From Camelus dromedarius (lineage: Eukaryota), in contig NC_087447.1 of NCBI RefSeq assembly GCF_036321535.1, forward strand, positions 45,818,001 through 45,882,000: a stretch of DNA of 64,000 nt, read 5' to 3'. The notes beneath the pieces are model-generated. The model had not been told where the DNA came from. It saw nothing but the letters and a program-made list of their open reading frames with translations, and searched no databases. The stretch's first letter is position 1. Each line of letters starts with the position of its first letter. This document shows positions 44,316-57,870 of this stretch, one piece after another. The position numbers and the translations under genes were made by a program.

Positions 44316-47300
44316 AAGCCACCTCACCCAAAATCCTGTCTCCTCTCTGTGGACAGATAACATCTAATGGCCAGTTAATGGGTAGTTTAAAAGGCCCATA
44401 TTTTTCTTTAATTCAGGACAATTCTAAAAGGTCATCTCAGTTCCAGAGATCTCTGCAGGATTGAATGTGGCCTTTATTATAATTGAATGGAGTTTAATCT
44501 TAGCAATGTTCTCCTAGGGCTGTCTATCCCAACAATTAAATGGAGTTTAACTTCTCCCTCCACTAGTTCTATTGTATTCTTTCCCCCTAGATATTTAATC
44601 TCAGGGCACTCTCCAAATAAATTTCTGCACACAAATTTTCACCTCAGTGTTCCGTGCAAAAGGAACCCAACTTGTGACCAATGTTAACAAAGACAAATAC
44701 AAGTGACACAAGAAAAAAAATTAATTGCAAGTCACATCATAATAAAAGGTTTTATAATATAGAAAGGACTCCCACAAACTAATAACTATTTTTTAAAAAG
44801 ATGTACTTGACTAGCCTCTAAAAAGAAATTCAAATATAAAATGTGACAGCGGATCCAGACAGCCACAGCAGTTGCTCTGAAATTGCAGGTGAGGGAGCAA
44901 TTAATTCTGCTTCATGGAATAGAGGGGCCTTCTGGGGTATTAACTGTAAATGGCTAGTTCATATGCATAATGGGAATTCAGTTGAACTGTCCTTGAATTA
45001 ACTCATTTAAGGACTTGCCTTTGGGTTTTTTAGTCTTTCTTGGTACAGCTTCCTGAATTGTCATCCCCAGAGACCCTTATTATACTAAAACTGCAGCAGC
45101 AGAGAAGGACTAGATTCACACTGTCATGATCAGTCCTTGTGCCAAACAACTGGGACTGGGGTGCCTTCATCCTGAGTTCATCTCTTTTTCCACCCTGAAA
45201 TGTAAATGAGGTGGCCAACCCCTTGATAAGTACTTGAGAACCCTCATGTTGTAATTATGGATTTTATCAGTCAAGAACATAAAGATGTGTATCTTATTCC
45301 TAAGAAGTTGTTATGCTTTTACTGTTTAATAACTGCTTCAATCTCTGGATATACTCAACACCTGAAACAGTATGGATAACACTACCATGCTGATTACATA
45401 AAGAATACGATAAACAATCTCATTTAATAATTCTCATATAAATAATGAACTTTATTCTAACTCCATCCTTTAAAGATATTCTGTATCTGTTACTTAAACT
45501 GCAATATTTATGTATTTGCAAACCAGAGAATTGGGTTGGGAAGGCTTTCTGAACTGAAAACAACATACTGGGAAAATCTCTGTACAGTATTCTGCTTTGC
45601 TCTAGACTCTCTAAAAAATGTTGCCCTTTAAAGCAAATAAAATAGCTTTTCTAGGGTATATTATTATCTAAAGAAAGCCATAATTTTTTTTTTTTTTTGG
45701 TAGTTCAGGGCAAGTAGAGGTTGATAATGAAGAGTAAATAATGTGCTTTTTGAAAAATTTATTACTTCATTTTTCTTGATTGATCAGTGAACAGATAAGT
45801 CTTAATTCTATTAAGAGAACTGATATGAACACAGAGTTATTCATAGGATTTGGTATGGAAAGATTTATAACTCAGAGCTCAAAATGTTTAAATTGCTGAA
45901 AAGATTCAGAACTATTAAATAGATTACTATATGTCAAAAACAACACCAAGTTACAGGCAACCTATGACGTTTGGGATAAAGTTTGCTAGATAACCTCTGG
46001 GAGAAAATTGCAAGAGAATCAGTCTCCATTTAGCCAAGGAGGAACTGCTTGGAGTAGGGGTGGAGGCATTGACAAGGAAGGCTGATGTTAAAGACTGATC
46101 TGGTGAGTTTAACAGACAAGTCAGGCAGAAGAAGATCCCCAAGCAGCAAAGAAATATTCTCCTCAAACATCTCACTTAGCCCTGGAAGTCTGATGCCATC
46201 TGTCCTGGAGAGAGAGAGAGAGCCAATCTCTGTTTAACTGTATGATTACACAGATCAAACAAACAAAACTCTTGCGCAGTCTCTGTTGGAATAAAACTTG
46301 TTTTTCTTTGAACATTTATCTCACTCCTTTCAGATTAGCGTCATAAGCAAGTTTTGGAAATTCTAAGACTAGACCTAACAGGTAGCCCTCCACTGATAGT
46401 TGTATGCCTTGGCACAACTGGATTAGTGTTTAGGCAGACATATCGCAATGGTATTAGTCACAGTATAAAGTTTATTCATTGCCTTTCTATCAATTTTTAT
46501 GAGTCTCCCAAAGTATAAGATGAACAATATCCAAACAGCTGTCAGGTTTTTTTTTCCTTTTTTTTTAATGCATGTAATTTATTATAAAATCCAGGACTTC
46601 CTAGGCATTTCTTTCTAATTGTCTGTCTTCTTGATATCTAATGTCTAAAGAAAATAAATGTCACTAAAATGTTGCAAACAACCTAGAAATAGAAGTATTT
46701 TAGACAGAGGAAAATAATTATAGCAAGATGGAGGTGGAATCCAGACCGGAAAATTCAGTTCAGGAAGCAGTTACAACAGTTCAGAAACAACTGAAAGTGG
46801 ATTGCAGTCATTAGAGTTTGAGACTGCAGGAGGAGAAAAATTGCAGAAAATAAATGGTTAAGAACGTGAACATGAGCTTTAGGAATTCTCCACCATGGCC
46901 ACATGATTATAGTAACACAGCAGTTGAAGATATAAGTAGATAAGAATAATAGTACTAAGAAATTGCCTAAATATTTCAGATCTGAGAGATATTATCAAAC
47001 TCCCACGACAAGGATTGATGATAAAACCTGCAATTAGCTCTAGTATATTATTGAATAAATTGATACATTAATCCACTATTTTACAAACAGCACAAGATCA
47101 AATATTTTTTCAACAAAATTATTTTTTCCTGAACATAAGCTTTAACAATTTATATTTCTAAAATTGTATTTAAATTTTGATGGAGCATTTTATTCAATAT
47201 GGTGTAGTGAGCTGAATCAGGTATGTCAATTTCCACTACACACCAAACATGTAACAACAACAGATACAATAAAAAATGATAAAAAATACATCACCATGCT

Positions 47301-47962
47301 TCTTAGGTCAAACAAATAGAAAATACATGATAGATAGACTTAGACAGACAGACAGACAGACAGATAATTATGAGATGCAGTGTAAAAACATATAACTGTG
47401 TGGTGAAATTGAATCCAGAAAAAATGACCAGGTATTTTTGAGAGGCAGAAAAGAAGATTTGAGAAAAGAAAACTAAAACCCATTTTTACATGAGAAGACA
47501 TTGTTTGAAAATACATTACTTATCTCTGAATTTTATGTAAAGTCATTGAACTTTTAATGAAATTCTTAACAGTACAAAAATAATTGTATTTACACAAGAA
47601 AAACAAAACTTTCAAATTCTTCAATTGGAAAATAGCACTTGTATAATTGTCTAGTTGAACCATTGGCCCTTGTTTTGAAGTTGTGTCTTTTATAATCCAT
47701 GTGTTGTTAAGTTTCAATTTTAATATCAATTTGTTTTCTTTTTCTCTCAGTTTTCATTTTTAGTTGAATATTGCTATCTACCTCTGTACCTATCTATTTT
47801 TCTCCATTTAGATTTGTACCTAAGAATTATGTGAACATCACTTGGATTCACAAGACCTCAATGATTGTAATAGGATAGAGTCAGTCATTTGAGTGAGTCT
47901 CTTTTCACCATTGCAGGAAGCCTCTCCTGAACGTCTCATGTTGATTTCCTTGTATACCTGGC

Positions 47963-50900
47963 ATATCCACCTTCAACACCTCTGAAATTGGTGTCTCTGC
48001 CTTCTTCCTCATTGGGATCCCAGGGATGGAGTCTGCCACCATTTGGGTCTCCATCCCCATTTGCCTTATGTACCTTGTTGCCATCCTGGGGAACTGCCCC
48101 ATCCTCATTTTCATAAAAATGGAGCCTTCTCGGCATGAACCCATGAACTATTTTCTCTCCATGTTGGCTCTCTCTGACTTGGGACTGTCCCTCTCCTCTC
48201 TCCCTACCATGCTTAGAATATTCTTATTCAGTGCTCCGGGAATTTCCTCTGATGCCTGTATTGCCCAAGAGTTTTTCATTCATGGATTCCCAGCTATGGA
48301 ATCATCAGTACTTCTCATCATGTTTTTTGATCACTTTATTACCATCTGCAATCCTCTGAGATACACCTCCATCCTAACCAGTGCCAGAGTCATGAAAATA
48401 GGGCTTACTTTTTCTCTCAAAAATATTTTATTGATCCTTCCTTTTCCTTTAACTTTAAGACATCCAAGATACTGTAAGAAGAACCTCCTTACAAGGTTAA
48501 TGTCATCTATGGCTTATTTGTAGCTCTCACAGGCATCCTAGACTTCACATTTATTTTCATGTCCTACATGCTGATACTTACAGCCATGTTGAGCATAGGA
48601 TCACAGAGGGAAAGACTCAAGGTCCTCAATATATGTGTTTCCCACATCTGTGCTGTGCTTATCATCTATGTTCCCATTATCTCCTTAGCTGTCATCTACC
48701 TGTTTTCCAAACACAGTTCCCAAGTCATGAGGATCCTCATGGCTGATGTTTTCCTGCTGGTACCGCCATTGATGAACCCCATTGTATACTGTGTGAAGAG
48801 CCAGCAGATAAGAAATCTGGTTTTACCTCCCTACAAATAAAAGTCCAGGACCAGATGGCTTCACCGGGGAATTCTACCAAACATACAAACAAGAACTCGT
48901 CCTTCTCAAACTCTTCCAGAAGATTGAAAAAGAGGGAATACTCCCAAACTCATTCTATGAAGCCACCATCACCCTGATACCAGAACCAGGCAAAGATANN
49001 NNNNNNNNNNNNNNNNNNNNNNNNNNNNNNNNNNNNNNNNNNNNNNNNNNNNNNNNNNNNNNNNNNNNNNNNNNNNNNNNNNNNNNNNNNNNNNNNNNNN
49101 NNNNNNNNNNNNNNNNNNNNNNNNNNNNNNNNNNNNNNNNNNNNNNNNNNNNNNNNNNNNNNNNNNNNNNNNNNNNNNNNNNNNNNNNNNNNNNNNNNNN
49201 NNNNNNNNNNNNNNNNNNNNNNNNNNNNNNNNNNNNNNNNNNNNNNNNNNNNNNNNNNNNNNNNNNNNNNNNNNNNNNNNNNNNNNNNNNNNNNNNNNNN
49301 NNNNNNNNNNNNNNNNNNNNNNNNNNNNNNNNNNNNNNNNNNNNNNNNNNNNNNNNNNNNNTGGTGAAAAACTCAAAAGCTTCCCACTAAAATCTGGGAC
49401 AAGACAAGGATGCCCACTATCACCACTCCTATTCGACATAGTCTTGGAAGTCTTAGCCACAGCAATCAGGCAAAAGAGAGAAATAAAAGGGATCCGAATT
49501 GGAAAAAAAGTGTAAAAGTGTCGCTATATGCTGACAATATGTTACCATACATAGAAAACCCTAAAAGGTCCACACAAAAACTACTAGAGCTGATCAAAGA
49601 ATTCAGCAAGGTAGCAGGTTACAAGATTATCGTACAAAAATCAGTTGCATTTCTTTACACTAACGATGAATCAACAGAAAAAGAAAGTAAAGAAATAATC
49701 CCCTTTAAAATAGCACCCAAAGTAATAAAATATCTAGGAATAAATCTAACCCAGGAGGTGAAAAAATTATACACNNNNNNNNNNNNNNNNNNNNNNNNNN
49801 NNNNNNNNNNNNNNNNNNNNNNNNNNNNNNNNNNNNNNNNNNNNNNNNNNNNNNNNNNNNNNNNNNNNNNNNNNNNNNNNNNNNNNNNNNNNNNNNNNNN
49901 NNNNNNNNNNNNNNNNNNNNNNNNNNNNNNNNNNNNTTTCACAGAACTAGAACAAATCATAATAAAATTTATATGGAACCATCAAAGACCTAGAATTGCC
50001 AAAGCATTACTGAAGAGAAAGAAAGAGGCTGGAGGAATAACTCTCCCAGACTTCAGACAATACTATGGAGCTACAGTCATCAAGACAGCATGGTATTGGT
50101 ACAAAAACATATAGACCAATGAAACAGAATAGAGAGCCCAGAAATGAACCCACAAACTTTTGGTCAACTAATCTTCGACAAAGGAGGCAAGAATATACAA
50201 TGGAATAAAGACAGCCTCTTCAGCAAATTGTGTTGGGAAAACTGGACAGCAGCCTGTAAAACAATGAAGCTAGAACACTCCCTTACACCATACACAAAAA
50301 TAAACTCAAAATGGATCAAAGACTTAAACATAAGACAAGATACAATAAACCTCCTAGAAGAAAATATTGGCAAAACATTATCTGACATACATCTCAAAAA
50401 TGTTCTCCTAGAACAGTCTACTCAAGCAATAGAAATAAAAGCAAGAATAAACAAATGGGACCTAATGAAACTTACAAGCTTCTGCACAGCAAAGGAAACC
50501 ATAAGTAAAACAAAATGACAACCTACGGAGTGGGAGAAAGTTTTTGCTAATGAAACCGACAAAGGCTTGATCTCCAGAATGTATAAGCAGCTCTTATGAC
50601 TTAATAAGAAACAACCNNNNNNNNNNNNNNNNNNNNNNNNNNNNNNNNNNNNNNNNNNNNNNNNNNNNNNNNNNNNNNNNNNNNNNNNNNNNNNNNNNNN
50701 NNNNNNNNNNNNNNNNNNNNNNNNNNNNNNNNNNNNNNNNNNNNNNNNNNNNNNNNNNNNNNNNNNNNNNNNNNNNNNNNNNNNNNNNNNNNNNNNNNNN
50801 NNNNNNNNNNNNNNNNNNNNNNNNNNNNNNNNNNNNNNNNNNNNNNNNNNNNNNNNNNNNNNNNNNNNNNNNNNNNNNNNNNNNNNNNNNNNNNNNNNNN

Positions 50901-51607
50901 NNNNNNNNNNNNNNNNNNNNNNNTTACCATGCAACCCAGGAATCCCACTCCTGGGCATATATCCAGAAGGAACACCACTTCAGGANNNNNNNNNNNNNNN
51001 NNNNNNNNNNNNNNNNNNNNNNNNNNNNNNNNNNNNNNNNNNNNNNNNNNNNNNNNNNNNNNNNNNNNNNNNNNNNNNNNNNNNNNNNNNNNNNNNNNNN
51101 NNNNNNNNNNNNNNNNNNNNNNNNNNNNNNNNNNNNNNNNCATTTGCAGCAACATGGATGCTCCTGGAGAATGTCATTCTAAGTGAAGTAAGCCAGAAAG
51201 AGAAAGAAAAATACCATATGAGATCGCTCATATGTGGAATCTAAAACAAACAAAAAACACACAAACAAAGCATAAATGCAAAACAGAAATAAACTCATAG
51301 ACATAGAATACAAACTTGTGGTTGGCAAGGGGGCGGAGGGTGGGAAGGGATAGACTAGGATTACAAAACTGTAGAATAGATAAACAAGATTATACTGTAT
51401 AGCACAGGGAAATATTCATAAGATCTTATGGTAGCTTTCGGAGAAGAAAATGTGACAATGAATATATATATGTTCATGTATAACTGAAAAATTGTGCTCT
51501 ACACTTGAATTTGATACAACATTGTAAAATGATTATAAATCAGTAAAAAATGTTTAAAAAAAAAAAGAAATCTGGTTTTAGAGAAGCTGTGTCAAAAATA
51601 CAGCTGA
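47963..51607 (+). pseudogene. OR51A-subfamily pseudogene (start ATG>ATA, about 52-nt frameshift deletion at 48490/48491, split by L1; last codons at 51581-51607)
   Basis: ISTFNTSEIGVSAFFLIGIPGME...KKNLL|[missing xHSYCLHQDVMKLACSD]|KVNVIYGL...[11 protein letters not shown] [L1] EKLCQKYS*. Acceptor ccattgcag|gaag at 47916. Confidence 0.93.
48826..51564 (+). mobile_element. 5'-truncated young L1 (ORF2 RT to 3'UTR, poly-A) with perfect 16-bp TSD
   Basis: TSD aagaaatctggtttta at 48810-48825 and 51565-51580. Begins [18 protein letters not shown]; includes [20 protein letters not shown]. Carries stops and frameshifts (e.g. TGA at 50516-50518). Confidence 0.95.
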
Positions 51608-51612
51608 CATGG

Positions 51613-51718
51613 CAGGTGGAGGGTATAGCTCAGTGGTAGAGCACATACCTGGTGTGCACAAGGTCCTGGGTTTAATCCCCAGTGCCTCTGCTAAAGGGGA
51701 AAAAAATTTTTTAATGAA
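51613..51718 (+). mobile_element. tRNA-Ala-derived SINE (camelid vic-1-like)
   Basis: ggagggtatagctcagtggtagagcac...aaggtcctgggtttaatccccagtgcctc with A-rich tail. TSD aaaaatacagctgacatgg (51594-51612) / aaaaatgcagctgacttgg (51719-51737). Confidence 0.88.
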
Positions 51719-52929
51719 AAAAATGCAGCTGACTTGGATGCTTAATGATAGTGAAAACCCAATCAGTAAATGACATAGAGAAAGCAGAATTAATCAATAA
51801 GGAAGCACACCATACGTTAATCACCTTACAATATCATCTCTCAGTATGCTTATGAAGACTGAAGACTCAGCCTCGCAAATTTACTGGTTTAGGATTTAGG
51901 ATTTAGAGCTCTTATGTAAACATAAAATGTATTCGTAGTTCCACTTTCACACACCTTACCAGCCTTATGAACACAATATAAGCTTGTTTTCATCATTTTA
52001 GAGTAATATTCTGTGTGTTCATTTGAGAATTAGCAGTATACATTTATATGACAACTGCCTAGTGATTGGAGGTGACAGAGGATTGCTTATTCATTTACAA
52101 TATCCCTTTTCAACACACAGTTTTCCCTTTTATGACACATACCTATTCTCTCAGGAATTGAAATTGAAAAGGGCAATGACAATGCACACATGGAACAAAT
52201 ATGCATTCGTGCAGAGTTTACAAAAATATAAGAATTAAATTCATTTATTTGTTTCAATATTTCTTTCCTGAACATTAAAATATCACTTTATAAGTTATTT
52301 AGGGTTGAAAATTCTCTGTCTACCAGATTTCTACAGGAGTTCTACCTAATGCCATAACTCATTATACCGTATATGTCTCACTCCCATGCAAGACTGTAAA
52401 CCCTGATAAAGATTAATTTTCAAAATTTTACTGTTCTCACAAAGAAATAAATTGAACATCCATATAGATCTCACTTAGCTGATTTTTAATGAATGAACCA
52501 GGCAAATGATACAACCAGTTCAAAGAGACCAATAAAAGATACATTTATAAATAGCAATGTTTCCATTAATTTTCAAATGAGTTCAACTATGACTTCTTTC
52601 ACCTGTGGGACACATACCAATTGACCCTCGACCAGTTTATTCACCTGTCTACCAATGTGAATTACTTTGATTGCATTTAGTATCTACAACTTACAGAGTT
52701 GGAAAAAAGCTCAAAGACAGTGAAAACTCTAAGTCCCTACATAATCAGAATTAGATAACCCATAGGGGTGGGCTGTGAACAATGCAGAGTTTTCCACTGA
52801 AGCACGTATCTTTTTTTTCATATAGTCTCCCCCATTTTAATAAAACATTATTTGAAATAAAGATTATTCTTGATCATAAAACAAGGCTCTCCTCATTAGG
52901 TTTGGCCTCATTATTTATACAGATGAAAA

Positions 52930-53900
52930 AATTCACCAGAAGGTCTTCTTAAGTTTGCAGTGCTGGAGACTTCCATACAGAATCTCAGACAGGATGTTAT
53001 AAAGCTGCTATTATATTCTATATCTAGGAGAGGAAGCTATAACCAAAAAAATTATCTCCATCAAATTACTCCTTCAGGTAGCCACACACTTGAGTAATAT
53101 TTTATTTTCCTGAACTCCCCAAGACATCCTGGGATCCTTGGCTTGCCTCCCTTTCCACCTCTAAGAGATCGGCCCGTAAGCCAAGCAACAGGCTAATTTA
53201 CCTGGGATTTTGTCAGCACAGACTCTATAAAGTCAACCTCAGTTCCCTAAAAGTGACTGGTCCTACGTGATTAAATCAGAAACATTCTCAAGTGTGATAT
53301 TCTAGGAAAGGCCCTAGTTGCACAATCAATTTTTAAAATTATATCTTAGTTAAAAATAGGACAGGTTTTTAAACTGTACCTATAAAAATAATACATTGTC
53401 CTGAAAAGCAAGGACACTCATTAAGGGTTTCCTGAACTCAGAGTATTCAGTGAGAATCAGCTATGACTTCAAAATGTTTGATTTAGTTTACAAAAGCAGA
53501 TTCTACTAGATTAGTACAGTTTAAGAGAATGATAAAAAGCCTTATTATATATTCAGAAAATAGAACATAAACCACATCAACAATATTCCAAACACATAAT
53601 AAGATGTTACTTATCAGTTAATTTAGTTCTACACAATTAATTCTTGTTCCACCGGCTCTTGAGTTAGCAGTCTCATGAAGGTGTTTGTTGTTAGGAAGAG
53701 TCATGGAAATCACAACTCAGCCCACTAGAAAAACCTGAAAGTTACCCAAAAGCTGGTTCTTTGAAGTTTGCAGTACTTGCTGCAGTCCTTTTCCGTGAGC
53801 TCTGGTGGGGTCCTTCTCTGTTGAAGACGAAACTCCAGCCTATTGCTGATTGCAGATCTTTCATGAATGCATCAGAGCCAAACAAAAATTATCTATTGTT
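52930..53900 (-). mobile_element. ERV1 internal-region remnant (MER4/MER34-int-like)
   Basis: ctctataaagtcaacctcagttccctaaaagtgactggtc...cattctcaagtgtgatattctaggaaaggcc resembles these internals as recalled. No ORF. Confidence 0.5.
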
Positions 53901-56900
53901 TTAAGATAGTTAAGCTAACTTAAGAGAGTTAAATTTATCTTTATATGTATTCTTTTTCATTATATGTTATTACAAGATATTTATACTTATCTTTAAATGG
54001 CCATTGTTAATTTATTACTTATGCATTCAAATGTAAAAAGTCTGATGAGAGTTGATAACACAAATAGTGCAACTGACAAGTAAATTTGATTGTCTCCATG
54101 GCATGCAAAACAAGATAATAAAGCTATTTCCAAAAAGAGAAGTTTAAAAAAAGTCTCTAAGGATAATGATATAGACTATATCTGAGGACAGTAATGTTTC
54201 ATCTGATATATACAAATAAATAAGCATAATTTTTACAATGGAAACAATATCGATACATAGTATAATAATCATGGGAAATGATATGCATAATGTACCAAGG
54301 AAATACCAAGATTGCCAAGAATATCAAATAAAGAGATTCAGTGAATCTAGAGTAAGCCTAGATATTTGTATTTTTATAAAACTCCATAGAGAAGTCTTAT
54401 GTGCATCCCAGGTTGAAAACTACTGTCCTTGAACATGCTAGATGAAAATGAAAATTTCAAAACATTCTCAGAAGAAAACATCTATAAGTTTAAGGGAGTG
54501 AAATCTAGAGGAGGAGGCAGACACAAAAAGGCATAGTTGTCACATATGGTGAAAATGCTCTGAGATTATTCACATGATTCTGTCAATCAGAGAAGACAGG
54601 GACATAATTCTGCCAGAGGGAGCAGAAGGGCTTAAGGGGTGTTTTCCTCAAAGGATTAATTCTTCCCATTTACAGGGGGTTGGATGACTCTCCTTGGCTC
54701 CAGTCCCTGTTGAGTTTCACCCACAGGGAGTTTTCTTTTTCTCTGGGTGCAGCCTGCTGGGCTGGAATCAAAGTTTTCTGGGCTAATAGGAAAGCATCAG
54801 GGAGGCAGGACTAGATTCTGTAGGTCAGGATTAAATGGTCATGACCGCACAGCAGTGGAATTGTGGTGACTGACTGCATGCCACCTTCATTTCCTCTTTA
54901 CTCTGGCATGTGGGTACAATGACTTACCAACTTACTGGTAAGTTTCCTGATGTTCATAGCTCTTTGCACCAGCTCAAGCAAGAAAATCCACATAGTATAT
55001 CTAATTGTAGTCACTACATGCTTAGGATGGATGCCATTACCCCGACCTTCTAAAAAGTCCCACAGTTATGTAAATGCACGGTAGAATTCCAGGGTCCTGC
55101 CAAATTGATGGCAATCAACCAAGTGCCAGGCCCAAAATCACTGACTGAGCACAGAAGGAAATTCAAAATCAGCTACTTGGACCTGCCTCTTGGGTGATAT
55201 GTTTGCTGAATGGTAGTTATCGCCTTACATGTTACTGTAAGTTGTTTCTGGTCTCAGACCACTGAGTTTGCAGTGGGCATCAGTGAGAAGGGAATAGTGA
55301 CCACTAGGAGTTTCTTTCTCCATGGTATGTCCTAACTCAGCATGCTTCTTATTAGACTTAAATCTCTGCCTTACATTTTTCCTTTCTTGATAAATAAGAA
55401 AGCAATCTTATGATTCTAACAAAAAACTGCCTATGAGTTCATGGATTTTAAGTAATGGTGTAGAGGTGGGTTTTGTATATATTCTCTTCAATCATCTACT
55501 CTACATATAGAGGTCTCCAAATTGAGGGTATAACTTCATTCATTCAAGTATATGCGTGTATATCAAAATGATGTCTGCTTCTATTAGATTCTATGAAGCC
55601 AGATGGAGGACAAAAAATATCAGTAATATCAAGGAAAGCGCACTATACACCGATACACTTGAATGGGAGGCGGACAAAAGTCTCAGGGAAGGATTGTAAA
55701 GGACTTAATAGCTAACTGAGGATTTGAACAAAGAAAGTCAAGGCAAGGAAGAGCATTTTTACCATTTGCAAAAGGAGAAGACTTGAAAAGCACAGATAGA
55801 AAAAGCATATTGTAGAAATTTAACAGTAGCTGGAACATGAACTGGGGAGTGAGTTTGGAGAGGGAGGAGGGTGATAATTAATGCCTCTTTGTGGCCAGGA
55901 TTACACTGTGATCACTATTACAAGTAATTAATCCCACACTTTCTCTATTTTCTGTTCACTGCATGGAAAAATATTCATGTTATTTTCCTAATTTCCTAAT
56001 GGAATTCAACAATTCCTTTTTGGGAAAGTAACATTTCTCTTGAATTGTCTCTGAAATTCTTCTTCCCTTACCATATCACAAGGGGTATTCCACAGTTTGA
56101 CTGTGAATTTTAAGTTCCCAATTTGTGGTTCTGTTAACAATGATTACGGTAAACATTATGTTCTGCACCCTGGACTATAAATATAATCAAACAAATATTA
56201 AATATTAACTGTGGTTCTGCTATAACTTTCAAATCCTTTTTTTTCTAGCTGATTCATAAAATCTTAGATTTACAGAGCTAAAAACATATGTCTCCATCCT
56301 GCTCTAGTCCAGATAGTCTGCCATAGCATGACAATACAATAAGCAGTAACAAGAGGCTTAATTTTAAAAAGAAAACAAAAGAGAGTGAGAGCGAGAGAGA
56401 GAGAGGGAGGGAGGAAAGTTTATTTATCTCTGTCAGTTTTTACCTGTTTAAATGCATATTGTTTTTTCTTAGCTATTTGATAGAAACTGGATCAAGGAAC
56501 ATGATATTTCAAGTAATTCTTATGTAAAAGAAAGTTTTAGGGTCAATTTAACTTAAAAAAGGACAATTACTATATCATATACTTTACTAAGAGAGAAAGT
56601 TCTAAACCCAACAGAAGTCTGAGAGATTTTGCACAAGATTCACCATCTCTCTGTCATACTTAGTTATTAAGGACCTCTCTCCAACCAAAATAGACCCTAA
56701 TTCAAGGACTAGATAATTATTTCATTTCTTTGGTATTAACTATCTCTGTGAATTTACTGTGTCTGCACATGTTTATTCGCAGTCTCAGAACAGATCCAGG
56801 TCAGCTGCAATCCCTGGAGAGCTCAGCACCCCTCAAGCAAGGGCACTAGGAGAGAAGAAAGAGACAAGCCCTCATATATGAAGAGGAGACCTTGGCGACA

Positions 56901-57870
56901 GACAAATGCAATAACTTCTGGGATTTTATACTAAAATCCTTCTACTTTCAAATATCCACTCTCTGGTAAGTACTCAGATATCTTCATCTATTTTGCTTTC
57001 ATTTTACTGCTTTTTTTTTTTTTTTTTTTGTAAATCAACCACATGGAACTTCATACAGAGCAGGAGACACTTCCAAAATTCATGTATCTAGGAAAATTGT
57101 TCCTTTCAGAGACTATACAAATAAACTATTTACCTTTAGGGGAATTGTTCTTCAACAGAATTCAAATTCTCCTAAATTGTGACACTTACCACTTCAGGTT
57201 ATTGTTCTCTTGTCAGCACTCCACAAATGGTCACAAATTCCAGGCCAGGAGAAAATTAGACATAATTTGTCAGTAATCTCTGCAGTGACTGCCCTTACAA
57301 ATACAAAAATAATTTGAAAATCAAGGGAGTTTTTAAAAGATACTTAAATAACCAACAATCTAGCAGGGGATAGCACTAAGAGTAGTTTGGTTTTGAGAAG
57401 ACCATACTTTTGTGAGAATTCCAACAAGTAGGAAGAAATTAAATTTTGAGACTCCTCTGCCTTCACATAGTGTCATTCTGGAAATCATATATTCTAACCA
57501 ACATCTTATCTAGAATGTGAAAGCAAGAACTCATAGAGGAGTCCGGATTAATTGACTAGGGTCTACTAGTATGTTACTAGTAGAAAAAGAAACCAGCTTT
57601 TCATCTGATTGCAAAATATATTCCTGGTTTCTCTATAGGAAAAAAATGGCCAGAAGAACTTCTTTAAATCTATGATCCAGGAAATTCCAGTCTAAAGTGA
57701 AAGCCACTTCTCACTATATAGTCACATAAATAACTTGCTCTATCAAAAGACAGTTGAAAAAACCCAGAAACTTCAGAACTGCTTTTTTTCTACTAAATTT
57801 CCAGATATTCACATTTTATCTACTCAAGACTTCCTGTGATTCGCTGCAGAGCCCTCTAAATTAATTGATC

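Noticed and set aside
49410-50518. Active L1 ORF2
   Set aside because: 5'-truncated (no ORF1, EN or promoter) and carrying frameshifts and stops.
51613-51690. tRNA-Ala gene
   Set aside because: Box A is intact but box B is degenerate (GTTTAATCC), no clean acceptor stem is visible, and it has an A-rich tail and a TSD, so it is a SINE.
54640-55300. Possible ERVL/MaLR internal or coding relic
   Set aside because: GC-richer and suggestive, but I could not recover a motif or frame to support a call.
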